NCBI GenBank assembly: GCA_018260615.1
Contig: JAGWDQ010000081.1
Span: forward strand, 1 to 49,302
Direction: 5' to 3'
DNA: 49,302 bases
DNA from: Candidatus Altarchaeum sp.
GTDB lineage: Archaea > Altiarchaeota > Altiarchaeia > Altiarchaeales > Altiarchaeaceae
Shown here in pieces: positions 1 through 9,513 of this stretch. A program made the translations under genes and the position numbers. The notes under the pieces were generated by a model. That model was not told the DNA's origin. It was given only the letters and a program-made list of their open reading frames with translations, and made no database searches. Position 1 is the stretch's first letter, and every line of letters starts with the position of its first letter.

Positions 1-7
1 TTTTAAA

Positions 8-1162
8 ATGAGCATTTTAACGGAAAAGATAAAACCATCTGCAACATTGTCAATAAATACAAAAGCAAACGAATTAAAGAAGAACGGAATAAATGTAATA
101 TCCTATGCAGTAGGCGAGCCGGACTTTGATACGCCCAAACACATAAAAGATGCGGCAATCAGCAAAATTTTAGAGGGAAAGACAAAATACACGCCGACCG
201 GAGGAATTTCCGAATTAAAAGATGAAATTGCCAAAAAATTTAAAACAGACAACAACATTGATTATAGTAGTGATGAAATTTTTGTTTCTGCGGGGGCAAA
301 GATTACAATATACGAAGCACTGCTGTCAATTATGAATCCCGGCGATGAGGTAATAATCATAGAGCCATACTGGGTTTCATATCCTGAAATTGTTATTTTG
401 TGCGGCGGAATTCCTAAATTTGTAAGAACTGATAAAAATTTTGAAATAAACACTGATGAAATTGAGAAAAATTTAAGCGACAAAACAAAAGCAATAATCA
501 TAAATTCTCCGAGTAATCCGACAGGTGCTATAATTAACGAAAGAACCATGAATAAGATTGCTGATATTGCAATAAAACATGAGCTTTATATCATAAGCGA
601 TGAAATTTATGAAAAAATAACTTATGGAAATTTTAAGCCCGTAAGTATTGGAGCACTTCCTGAAATGAAGGAAATGACAATTACGGTTAACGGATTTTCA
701 AAGAGTTATGCGATGACGGGCTGGCGACTGGGATATGTCGGAGCGCCAAAGAATATCATAAATGAAATGAAAAAGGTTGAAATGCAAACCGTTTCATGCC
801 TTCCTTATTTTATCCAGTATGCAGGTGTTGTTGCACTGCAAAGTAGTCAGGATTGTGTTGAGGAAATGAGGAAGAAATTTGAGGAAAGAAGGGACTATGT
901 TGTCCGAAGAGCGAAAGAAATTTTTTCCTGTAATGTTCCCGACGGTGCATTTTACATATTTCCGGAGCATTCAATGTATGAAAAGGACTCAATTAAATTT
1001 TCCGGATTTTTGCTGGAGAAGGCAAAGGTTGCTGTTGTACCCGGAATCGCGTTCGGGGATAGCTGCGAAGGGTATATACGACTTAGTTATGCGACATCAA
1101 TGGAAAATTTAAAGAAGGGATTTGATGCGATTGAAGATGCGTTGAAGAAATTTAAACAATAA
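8..1162 (+). CDS. aspC: PLP-dependent class I/II aminotransferase (aspartate aminotransferase-like)
   Basis: Motifs GEPDF, NSPSNPTG, SDEIY and GFSKSYAMTGWRLGY (PLP lysine); 384 aa. Confidence 0.9.
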   Translation: MSILTEKIKPSATLSINTKANELKKNGINVISYAVGEPDFDTPKHIKDAAISKILEGKTKYTPTGGISELKDEIAKKFKTDNNIDYSSDEIFVSAGAKITIYEALLSIMNPGDEVIIIEPYWVSYPEIVILCGGIPKFVRTDKNFEINTDEIEKNLSDKTKAIIINSPSNPTGAIINERTMNKIADIAIKHELYIISDEIYEKITYGNFKPVSIGALPEMKEMTITVNGFSKSYAMTGWRLGYVGAPKNIINEMKKVEMQTVSCLPYFIQYAGVVALQSSQDCVEEMRKKFEERRDYVVRRAKEIFSCNVPDGAFYIFPEHSMYEKDSIKFSGFLLEKAKVAVVPGIAFGDSCEGYIRLSYATSMENLKKGFDAIEDALKKFKQ

Positions 1163-1203
1163 TTTTGCAGGTTTTGTGGGGTTCATACGGAAAATTTAGT
1201 AAT

Positions 1204-1941
1204 TCATTCCAATTTATCAAATAGATTAAGATATATTTTCCATTTACCGAAATCTTTGCTACTGAAATGTTGTCTGTCCTGATCTTTGAAAAACGATATT
1301 CCTTTAAGCGAGTCCCCCATTGTTTTCCTAAAATCCATTACTGATAAGACCAAAAAATGCGGTTTGTCGTCATCATCTATTAAACACCAAATATAAAAAT
1401 GATGTTTATCTTTGATTAAGTCCCGGGGCTTCATATCTACGGCGTAAGTGTTTTTGGATTTTCCACCTTCTTTTTCAATTCTTGAACTTTTTACCTGAAT
1501 GGTACGAAATTTTGTGATGTATTCTTTACTGCCACAACTACAAGAATGCTCAATCATTTCAATTTCACCGCCACACACATCGCAAGAAGGGCGATTTATT
1601 AAATTTTCCGACTGACATTTCGTACATTTTGTTTTATTGCCAACCATTTCGTTTTTACAAGTCAGACAAACCTTTTTGGCAATTATTTTATTCTTCTGGG
1701 TTTTTGAAAAATCTTTACCGCACTTCTTACAAACCAAAGCAGGAGTTAAATTCCAGTTTTTACCGCACTTCTTACAAACATGTTTATGAATTATCAAATC
1801 AATATATTCATCATAAACCGGATCGTAAACATTCCAGCCATATTTTGATAATTCAAAAGAGACCAAAAATTCACCATATCTGGAAAAGTGTTTGGCACTC
1901 AAATCAGCGGTTTTTTTATTTTTATTATTCTTCATAGTCAT
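1204..1941 (-). CDS. Putative Type II restriction endonuclease, PD-(D/E)xK fold, with multi-zinc-ribbon insertion
   Basis: GEFLVSFEL..GWNVYDP..DEYIDLII...IQVKSS core; six CxxC/CxC motifs between the D and QxK motifs; start overlaps the MTase stop. Confidence 0.65.
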   Translation of the reverse strand: MTMKNNKNKKTADLSAKHFSRYGEFLVSFELSKYGWNVYDPVYDEYIDLIIHKHVCKKCGKNWNLTPALVCKKCGKDFSKTQKNKIIAKKVCLTCKNEMVGNKTKCTKCQSENLINRPSCDVCGGEIEMIEHSCSCGSKEYITKFRTIQVKSSRIEKEGGKSKNTYAVDMKPRDLIKDKHHFYIWCLIDDDDKPHFLVLSVMDFRKTMGDSLKGISFFKDQDRQHFSSKDFGKWKIYLNLFDKLE

Positions 1942-3163
1942 ATTCAGATATATTAATATTTTTTTGATTGAGTAAATTTGCAGGAAAATTGTTTTTTATG
2001 TTTTTCAGACCCGCTTCACGAAACATTTCTTTGTTAAGTTCAATCCCGATTCCTGTTCTGTTTAATTTTTTAGCCACAATTACCGATGTAAAACTACCTC
2101 CGAAAGGATCTAATATCTTTTCGCCTTCATAACTAAACATTTGAATGGCAAGCTCGGGAATATTTTCGGGAAAAGGAGCGGTATGCCCAAGCAAATTTTC
2201 ACCCTTGGAATTAATTTTTATAACCGGTGAAAATTTAACTATATCCCTGCGCCATTTTTTAATGAATTCTTCTGAAATTTCATACATTTTACCTTGTCGG
2301 GATTGTGTTGTTAATGTTTTTAATGAAAATCTTTTACCCCTGTTACTTTTGCTTCTCTCAAAACACTCTAAATTTTTACATTCCCAGCTTCGCAGTCCTA
2401 TTTCTGATTGTGTGTTCCCATTAACTTTTAATGTGCCACAAACGGGACAGGGATACCGGGTTTCATCTAACCTGTGTTTATGAAAAATCAAAATATGTTC
2501 ATAACAGTTTATAGGATACTGGTAAAAAGGATAAGGTTTATTTTTATGTTTATTTCTCTCGCTTTGAACTTCGCCTTTATCCCATATAAAATCATCTACA
2601 AAAGTAAAGCCCTCTTCTTCAAATATTTTTATAAAATATGAAGCAAGAGGCAACCTTCTTTTACCCCAGACCGATTTTGTAGTTAAATTATCATTATCAA
2701 AAATATCCCCGACATTAAAAACAAAAACTCTGTGGTTATCCAAGACCCTGTATGCTTCTTTAATTATATTTCGCATATCATAAAGGTAAAGGTCTAAATT
2801 TTTCCATGTTGAATATTTGCGGGCATTATAATAAGGAGGTGAAGTAACCATACAGTGAATTGATTCCGAATTCATTCCTTTCATTACATCAAAGCAGTTT
2901 CCCCAGATAATTTTAATATCATCGTCTTTTTTTTCTAAAAAGCTGTTTAATGATTCATTAGTTCCCTGATATTGTCTCTGATAATCATCTTTAACAAATT
3001 CCACATATTTATCGGAAAAATTTTTTACAATATCTTCTCTTTTTTCTAATTGGTAAATATATTCAACTGCTTTTAAAAATTCGTTATATCTGCCCCTAGA
3101 AAAAATCTTTTTTAAATGAGGATCACTTATTTCCAATATTTTTTTTAAATAGTGTTGAGACAT
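1925..3163 (-). CDS. Site-specific DNA methyltransferase, beta class (N4-C/N6-A)
   Basis: Catalytic TSPPYY precedes SAM-binding ILDPFGGSFT; HTAPFP and GIELN motifs; internal CPVC...CKNLEC zinc finger. Confidence 0.9.
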   Translation of the reverse strand: MSQHYLKKILEISDPHLKKIFSRGRYNEFLKAVEYIYQLEKREDIVKNFSDKYVEFVKDDYQRQYQGTNESLNSFLEKKDDDIKIIWGNCFDVMKGMNSESIHCMVTSPPYYNARKYSTWKNLDLYLYDMRNIIKEAYRVLDNHRVFVFNVGDIFDNDNLTTKSVWGKRRLPLASYFIKIFEEEGFTFVDDFIWDKGEVQSERNKHKNKPYPFYQYPINCYEHILIFHKHRLDETRYPCPVCGTLKVNGNTQSEIGLRSWECKNLECFERSKSNRGKRFSLKTLTTQSRQGKMYEISEEFIKKWRRDIVKFSPVIKINSKGENLLGHTAPFPENIPELAIQMFSYEGEKILDPFGGSFTSVIVAKKLNRTGIGIELNKEMFREAGLKNIKNNFPANLLNQKNINISEYDYEE

Positions 3164-3391
3164 TTTTGTTATTACTCCGAACTTTGAGTATATCTTAATT
3201 TTTGTTCTTTAAACAACTTTAGAGTGGCATATTTGCTTCTTTCAATCATTGAATCAAAATTTTAAAATTTTCTCCATTATAACTATGAGCGAATAATTAA
3301 TAATAGAATTATGGCTTTGTAATAATTTTTCGTATTATTTTAATGTTAATACAATAAATTAAATGTACCAATAAATAAACTGATTATTAAC

Positions 3392-4186
3392 TTATATCCA
3401 GTCAACTTTATTCAACAATTTAAAGGGTACTTTTTCATTTTTGTACTGAAAACATGCAACATTCTTTTCTTCGGCGTAAGATAAAGCATCAGAGTCATAT
3501 TTAGATACAGAAACAAATACTAATTTCTCAAGGTAAAAATCTTCGCGACCTTCCTCGAAAGCAGCTTCAACATCTTCAGCAGCACTAACTAATTTCATAA
3601 TATCTGTTCTTTTAATACTGCTTTCTCTATTTTTGCATTCTATCCATATATCGTTTGTGTCTTTTAATAATATTCCTCTAATTCCCTTTTTCCTACTTGT
3701 CACATGGACATCAACTTCATAAGGTCTTTTCACACTTAATCCATTTTTAAATATATTTGTTTCTACATATCCTTTAAAATATTTTTTTGCCCACGGAGCA
3801 ACAACTTCTTTTTCAAAAGTGTGTCCTTTTGTTTCTTTTGACTGCAACTTCTCCTCTAATATCTTTTTATTTTCTGCCTTTATTTTTTCTTTTTGATGCA
3901 ATTTTTGAGTTACGGATTCTTCCAATATCTTTTTATTTTCTGCCTTTATTTTTTCTTTTTGATGCAATTTTTGAATTAAGAATTCTTCAAGTTTTTTAGG
4001 TGTTACTTTAGTTTTGTTTTCTAAATCGTTTTTTAAATCATCCCAAGATAAGGATTTATCATAGTGCAATCTCATTTCGCCTAACCATGCAATAAAATCA
4101 TTTTTTTGAACTGCTTTTGTCTGACTTATTTTATTGAGCAATTCTTGCTTTTTTGATTTTTTCCTTTTAAAGAAATTAAAAACCAT
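3392..4186 (-). CDS. Mrr-like/PD-(D/E)xK restriction endonuclease domain protein
   Basis: GHTFEKEV...YEVDVHV...IWIECKN core in the C-terminal half; basic helical N-terminus with an internal duplication. Confidence 0.7.
   Translation of the reverse strand: MVFNFFKRKKSKKQELLNKISQTKAVQKNDFIAWLGEMRLHYDKSLSWDDLKNDLENKTKVTPKKLEEFLIQKLHQKEKIKAENKKILEESVTQKLHQKEKIKAENKKILEEKLQSKETKGHTFEKEVVAPWAKKYFKGYVETNIFKNGLSVKRPYEVDVHVTSRKKGIRGILLKDTNDIWIECKNRESSIKRTDIMKLVSAAEDVEAAFEEGREDFYLEKLVFVSVSKYDSDALSYAEEKNVACFQYKNEKVPFKLLNKVDWI
3858..3974. repeat. In-frame tandem duplication, 51-bp identical copies at 66-bp period
   Basis: aatatctttttattttctgcctttattttttctttttgatgcaatttttga at 3858-3908 and 3924-3974; encodes QKLHQKEKIKAENKKILEE twice. 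Confidence 0.95.
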
Positions 4187-4366
4187 TTTTTAATAGTTAA
4201 TTTTTTTACATATTAACTTTATGACGGAACTTTTTCGTTTTATACTAAATTTTAGTTTTTTACAATGAATTATATTTGAAAGTTTCTGTTTTCCATATAA
4301 ATTCCCCTAATGAAACGCATATAAGCGTCTTCTATTGTTATTACTTCTCTTGTTTTATCGCTGTCG

Positions 4367-4516
4367 TCATATATTTTTATACACCCACACCACAAAAACA
4401 ACAATACCCATAACGCATAAAATCAGTCCAAGTAGAGAAGCAATTACATTATATACAAACATAACCGCCCCAATCATTATAAGTGCGACTGCGATCCCTA
4501 TAAGATATTCCTTCAT
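4367..4516 (-). CDS. Small 49-aa hydrophobic two-TM protein (not in ORF track)
   Basis: Manual translation MKEYLIGIAVALIMIGAVMFVYNVIASLLGLILCVMGIVVFVVWVYKNI; co-oriented with neighbours. Confidence 0.55.
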   Translation of the reverse strand: MKEYLIGIAVALIMIGAVMFVYNVIASLLGLILCVMGIVVFVVWVYKNI

Positions 4517-4608
4517 TTTGTTTAATATGAATTATTATGTTTATGAATTTAAATTTAAAAAATTTGATAAAATTTTATGGGGGTAATAAAATTTTTATGT
4601 TGGACAAG

Positions 4609-4854
4609 TTAAATTCCTACTAAAAATGTAGGTATTATCTTAAATATTGCATTTGCAATTACAGATCCTAATCCCTCTGCAAGTCCTCCTCTAAATTTTC
4701 TAATAAGTTCTTCTTTTAGAGATTCTTTCTTTTTAAGACATTCAAAACTTATCTTGACATGCTTTTTTGTTCCTTTTATATTTATACCTATATGTCTATC
4801 ATATATTAATATTGTTCCCCAAGGATATACTATCCTTTGTTTTGCTCTTGCCAT
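4609..4854 (-). CDS. Hypothetical protein with hydrophobic C-terminus
   Basis: 81-aa ORF, co-oriented with flanking genes; no family recognised. Confidence 0.5.
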   Translation of the reverse strand: MARAKQRIVYPWGTILIYDRHIGINIKGTKKHVKISFECLKKKESLKEELIRKFRGGLAEGLGSVIANAIFKIIPTFLVGI

Positions 4855-4970
4855 TTTTAACTAATAAATTTCGCTCATATACAAATAATATTGCATAATA
4901 ATTAAATTGTTTAATTATTAATTTTGTTTAGAATTATTAAATATTAAACCGAATTATTAGATATCTAACA

Positions 4971-5057
4971 ATGAAGCAAAATATTTATATTCTTACTGAA
5001 GGGGATAGTATAGCTTTTTTTAGATCATTTTTACATTGGTTGTATTTGGAAAATTAA
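4971..5057 (+). pseudogene. Possible remnant of a TOPRIM-domain gene 5' end
   Basis: MKQNIYILTEGDSIAFFRSFLHWL resembles the IIVEGNSDEEIL start of the TOPRIM genes at 20745 and 25148; stops after 28 codons. Confidence 0.25.
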
Positions 5058-5187
5058 TGAAAATTGCGTTTCATAAGGAATATAAAAATAACCAATCATT
5101 AACTGGCTTTATAAGAGCGAATTTTGTTTTAAAATAAAACTATATCCATAGTTTCCCGCTTTCACTGTAAAAAAATTTTAAATTTCT

Positions 5188-5874
5188 CTATTTTTTATTT
5201 ATCCTTAAAATTTTATACGCCATCACTGCCGCCCCAAATCCATTGTCAATATTCATAACCGCAATAGATGTGCATGAATTTAACATTGTCATAATTGCCG
5301 CAAGTCCTTTTTCCCCCGTTCCATAACCGACAGAAGTAGGCACTGCAATTACGGGAACATCAGTTAATCCGGAAATTACCGAAGGCAAAGCACCTTCCAT
5401 TCCGGCGATAACAATGATACACCTGACATTTCTTTTTTTCATCTTTTCAACTGCGTTTATCGCCCTGTGTAATCCGGCAATTCCGACATCATACTCTTCT
5501 ACAACCTCACAGCCCAACTGTAAAGCCGTCTCTTTTGCTTCTTCGGCCACATTAATGTCAGATGTTCCTGCTGTTATTATCCCGATTTTTCCAGCAATTT
5601 CATTTTTTTTTGCACTATCGGATTTTCCCTTATATATTGTAAATACTCTTCCTCTTTCATTGTATTTAAATTTAAAATTTATATTCTTCCTGTTCAGTTC
5701 ATTTAAAATTTTTTCCTTTTTTTCCTTATCAAGTCGGGTTATTATCACTTTCCGGTCATTATCTAAAATTTCAATTATTATTTTCATTAAATCATTAATG
5801 TTTTTTTCTCCGAATACGATTTCCGGAATGCCGCACCTTTTTTCCCTTTCAGTATCAATATTAGAAATTTTCAT
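5188..5874 (-). CDS. larB: Nickel-pincer cofactor biosynthesis protein LarB (PurE-like)
   Basis: CGIPEIVFG, AGTSDINVAEEA, DVGIAGLHR, AGMEGALPSV and PTSVGYG motifs. Confidence 0.88.
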   Translation of the reverse strand: MKISNIDTEREKRCGIPEIVFGEKNINDLMKIIIEILDNDRKVIITRLDKEKKEKILNELNRKNINFKFKYNERGRVFTIYKGKSDSAKKNEIAGKIGIITAGTSDINVAEEAKETALQLGCEVVEEYDVGIAGLHRAINAVEKMKKRNVRCIIVIAGMEGALPSVISGLTDVPVIAVPTSVGYGTGEKGLAAIMTMLNSCTSIAVMNIDNGFGAAVMAYKILRINKK

Positions 5875-5877
5875 ATT

Positions 5878-6300
5878 TTAGTTCTGTGAGTTTTTATTAG
5901 TTTTCGCATTAATATATAAATTTTTCGTGTGACGATCTATTATATGTTTAAAATCAAGATATTCATCTACCGTCTTTACTTTTGTTCTGTGTGTCAGCAA
6001 TTCATCTCTCTGGTATAACAACTTCCCGTCTTTTATTACTCTGAATCTTATGTTCAGCGGAAGGTCATAGAACAGAGAAATATCAATCTTCCCGGATGAA
6101 TTGCTTAGTATATCTTCTTTTTCAGCCCTTGGAATGTCTTTATTGGTGATAACACTTATGTCTATATCCGAAAATGGCCTTGCATTTCCGGTTGCATGAG
6201 AGCCAAAAAGATAAATTGCATCAACATAAGAATTTTTCTTTAAATCCTCAATCACATTGCTTATTTGCTCCGTTAAATTTTTTAAATTTTTTGCTTCCAT
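5878..6300 (-). CDS. Minimal nucleotidyltransferase (MNT/MntA-like)
   Basis: IYLFGSHATGNARPFSDIDISV (GS..DxD) and IDISLFYDLP; 140 aa. Confidence 0.85.
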   Translation of the reverse strand: MEAKNLKNLTEQISNVIEDLKKNSYVDAIYLFGSHATGNARPFSDIDISVITNKDIPRAEKEDILSNSSGKIDISLFYDLPLNIRFRVIKDGKLLYQRDELLTHRTKVKTVDEYLDFKHIIDRHTKNLYINAKTNKNSQN

Positions 6301-6336
6301 ACTTATTTATGTTTATTTATAAATTAAATTTCGAAC

Positions 6337-7359
6337 TTATTTTTCTCTTTTCCTGTAAGCAAGCGGATTTTTAAATTTTTCCTCATCCTCGCTGAACCAT
6401 ATCCCCAAACTCTTCATTGTGGAGTAAGACGGACAGGTGTATTTTCTCTTTGCCAGATAATCTAAATAATAAGATGTTTTCTTCTCATCGTAATTTGACG
6501 AATGAGCGAAAATTTTTTTTATTTCTTCAACAGGTGTTTCTTTGTTAACCAAAAATGATGCAAGCACAAATCTCTCATTATGATTGACTTTTTCTTTGTT
6601 TTCGATTTTTTGAACAATACGTGCAATGCTCGGAGGCATTTCAGGGTTTGCCTTTGATTTCATAAAAATTTTGGGAAAAATTTCCATTTCTATTTTTTTG
6701 AACTCACTCTTCAATAACTTTGCCTTTTCAGCAATTACATCCGGTAAATTTATGTTGCTTAAATTTAATATCTCCGCATATCTTTTCTCTACAAGAGCTC
6801 TCGCCATAATTATTAATTCGTCTTCATCCACCTCAACAAAGCCATTATCAATCCTTCTGTTAATCAGGCGGAATTTCTCACGGAATTTCTCATCAAAATT
6901 TTTTGTATAAGATAAGTAATCAACAAAGTAAATCTCATTGGCGTTGTTCAATTTTTTTTCCAAATTTTTTTTTCTGGAAAATTTTAAAATTTCCATCAAA
7001 ATTTCATTCCTTACATCCTCACCCTCTTTTCTTATAAATTCTTCAAATAGTGCGCCTTCACTTTTTGCATACTTTTGTCTTAAATTTTCACTAACCTCCG
7101 CTAAATTTAAAAAAATTTTTGCCAAAGGAAATGAAATCAGATAAATTTCGTAGCCGGCATCACCGAGATTTGACCTCGGAGAATACTCTGTTTTTCCTCT
7201 GATTATTCCGTTCAGGATTCTTTCTGCCGCTATTTTAATTGCACTTCCGTAAACAGGACTTTCTGCAATTGCTTCTAAATTTAAATTTTTTCTTTCAATA
7301 TATTCCTTGCCTTCCTTCAAAAACGGATATTTGCTTAAAAACCGGATATCTTTTTGCAT
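6337..7359 (-). CDS. priL: DNA primase large subunit PriL (atypical, Cys-poor C-terminal domain)
   Basis: N-terminal LSKYPFLKEGKEYI; RLINRRIDNGFV; C-terminal domain MPPSI...HNERFVLASFL...YTCPSYSTMKSLG...KNPLAY. Confidence 0.82.
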   Translation of the reverse strand: MQKDIRFLSKYPFLKEGKEYIERKNLNLEAIAESPVYGSAIKIAAERILNGIIRGKTEYSPRSNLGDAGYEIYLISFPLAKIFLNLAEVSENLRQKYAKSEGALFEEFIRKEGEDVRNEILMEILKFSRKKNLEKKLNNANEIYFVDYLSYTKNFDEKFREKFRLINRRIDNGFVEVDEDELIIMARALVEKRYAEILNLSNINLPDVIAEKAKLLKSEFKKIEMEIFPKIFMKSKANPEMPPSIARIVQKIENKEKVNHNERFVLASFLVNKETPVEEIKKIFAHSSNYDEKKTSYYLDYLAKRKYTCPSYSTMKSLGIWFSEDEEKFKNPLAYRKREK

Positions 7360-7481
7360 TTTTGTTTATATCTTTTTGACTTCTTATTATTCATTAAAAT
7401 TTTTGGATGATAAATGCACGACTATTTCTTAAGTGAGGTGATGTTTTAAATAAATTTTATCGTAAATTAAGGATGTGGTTT

Positions 7482-7664
7482 TTATCTGTATAGATGCTTT
7501 TTTCCACCCTCTGTTAGTCGTGCAGTTCCACTTAAAAATTCAAAACTTACAAAACCCACACTCGCCCAATCATCAAGAACATCCATTTCTTCTTTACTTT
7601 CAATTTTTTTACCATCCGAAAACTTTTTTAAAATTTCTCTTTCATATTCTGTTAAGATAGCCAT
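7482..7664 (-). CDS. Small hypothetical protein, possible winged helix
   Basis: 60 aa, LTEYEREILKKF...GFV...ARLTEGGKKHL pattern; in line with priL. Confidence 0.55.
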   Translation of the reverse strand: MAILTEYEREILKKFSDGKKIESKEEMDVLDDWASVGFVSFEFLSGTARLTEGGKKHLYR

Positions 7665-7826
7665 TTTATAATTAAAATAAATTCTGCGGGATTCTGATTT
7701 AAAAAAACCCGATAGACAGATGTATTAAATTTCTTCTTAAATAGTAATTCGTACCTGACTCTGTGTACATCCATATCCATAAAAGTTTGTGGATTGGACA
7801 AAACGGTAAAATTTTATTCGTAAATT

Positions 7827-8237
7827 TTAATCCTTAATCTCCCATTTTCCCAGATAATCTACCAGGTTCTTTGTTGTTACAATTCCGACTAATTTTCCCG
7901 ACGAAATAACCGGCATGTGCTTAATCTTGTGTCTCTTCATTTCCTTTTCAACCCTTTCAACATCTGCCGTAGCGGGTATAGTAATCAGCGGTTTTGACAT
8001 AATATCCTGTGCAGTTAAATCAAAAAATTTTTGCTCGTATTTGGATATTGTTCTTAAAATATCTGTTTCCGTGATTAAGCCAATTGGTTCCCGGGATAAA
8101 TTTACCACAACAATACTTCCTATCTTTTTATCCGCCATAGTTCTCGCAACATCTAATAATTTACTACTGTTTTCAGCAGTTACAACACCTGCACCCATAA
8201 TATCTCCGGCGCTTGCCCTTTTTTGTTTTCCTCTCAT
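7827..8237 (-). CDS. CBS-domain pair protein
   Basis: AGDIM...IGSIVV...GLITETDI and AQDIMSKPLITI...IKHMPV...LVGIVT. Confidence 0.9.
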   Translation of the reverse strand: MRGKQKRASAGDIMGAGVVTAENSSKLLDVARTMADKKIGSIVVVNLSREPIGLITETDILRTISKYEQKFFDLTAQDIMSKPLITIPATADVERVEKEMKRHKIKHMPVISSGKLVGIVTTKNLVDYLGKWEIKD

Positions 8238-8334
8238 TTTTAAATCTGGTTTTATTGATTTTATTAAATTTTAAATTTGTGTTTATAATTATAATTCTTT
8301 CTAAATTTATTTTTTAAATTTTAAAATCATTAGG

Positions 8335-9513
8335 ATGGGTAATAAGGTAGGAATAGTAGGTATAGGTATGACAAAATTCGGAGAACACTGGAATAAGGGC
8401 TTACGGGAATTAATTGTTGAAGCGGGTCTAAAAGCAGTTCATGATGCTAATCTGACAGGAGAGGAAATACAGGCAATATACGGGGGCTGTATGGCTCCGG
8501 GATTGTTTGTCGGACAGGAACACATATCTGCGTTAATTGCTGACCATGTCGGACTTGGAGGAATACCTTCAACGAGGGTTGAAGCAGCGTGTGCAAGCGG
8601 AGGGTTGGCTTTGAGACAGGCATATCTGGCGGTAAGGTCAGGAAGATTAAATGTTGTTGTTGCTGGAGGTGTTGAAAAAATGACAGATGTACCTACAAAC
8701 CTTGCTACGGTTGCTTTAATGGGAGCAGGTGACGAAGAGTGGGAGGGCTTTTACGGAGCAACATTTCCCGGGCTTTATGCTTTAATGGCAAGAAGACACA
8801 TGTACGAATTTGGAACTACAAGAGAACAATTGGCAATGGTTGCGGTTAAAAATCATCACAATGGTGCAATGAATCCATCCGCACAATTTCAGTATGAAAT
8901 AACCGTGGATAAAGTTCTGAAAAGTGCACCTGTTGCAGACCCTTTAACACTTCTTGACTGTTCTCCGATAACAGACGGTGCAGCATCTGTAATTTTAGCA
9001 AGTGAAGAAAAAGCAAAAAAGATAGCAAAGGAAACCGGAAAGGAAATTATATGGATTGCATCGAGCGGACAGGCATCGGATACACTTGCATTGCATGACA
9101 GGGACTCATTATGCAAAACAAAGGCAGCAGTCCTGGCTGGTAAAGAAGCATACCAACAGGCGGGAATAAAACCGGGTGATATTGGTTTTGCCGAGGTTCA
9201 TGATTGTTTTACAATTGCAGAAATAATGGCTATTGAGGGATTGGGCTTCTGCAATTTCGGAGAAGGCGGAAAAATTACCGAAAACGGAGAAACAGCAGTA
9301 AACGGAAGAATTCCGGTAAATACAAGCGGCGGATTAAAGGCAAAAGGACATCCGATAGGAGCAACAGGAATAGCACAGGCGATTGAAGCAACTCTGCAAT
9401 TAAGAGGAGAAGCAGGAGGAAGACAGGTCAAAAATCCCAAATATGGATTAACGCATAATGTCGGAGGCAGCGGAGCAACATGTGTCGTGCATATTTTCAC
9501 TAATGAATATTGA
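8335..9513 (+). CDS. Archaeal acetyl-CoA acetyltransferase (thiolase, SCP2-like)
   Basis: [10 protein letters not shown] (catalytic Cys), [33 protein letters not shown]. Confidence 0.92.
   Translation: MGNKVGIVGIGMTKFGEHWNKGLRELIVEAGLKAVHDANLTGEEIQAIYGGCMAPGLFVGQEHISALIADHVGLGGIPSTRVEAACASGGLALRQAYLAVRSGRLNVVVAGGVEKMTDVPTNLATVALMGAGDEEWEGFYGATFPGLYALMARRHMYEFGTTREQLAMVAVKNHHNGAMNPSAQFQYEITVDKVLKSAPVADPLTLLDCSPITDGAASVILASEEKAKKIAKETGKEIIWIASSGQASDTLALHDRDSLCKTKAAVLAGKEAYQQAGIKPGDIGFAEVHDCFTIAEIMAIEGLGFCNFGEGGKITENGETAVNGRIPVNTSGGLKAKGHPIGATGIAQAIEATLQLRGEAGGRQVKNPKYGLTHNVGGSGATCVVHIFTNEY

Noticed and set aside
4335-4586. 83-aa plus-strand ORF
   Set aside because: Antisense shadow of the 49-aa membrane ORF; Thr/Ile bias mirrors hydrophobic codons on the other strand
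5188-5874. PurE (AIR carboxylase) call
   Set aside because: The N-terminal GIPE domain and the GTSD/DVGIAG motifs fit LarB, not PurE
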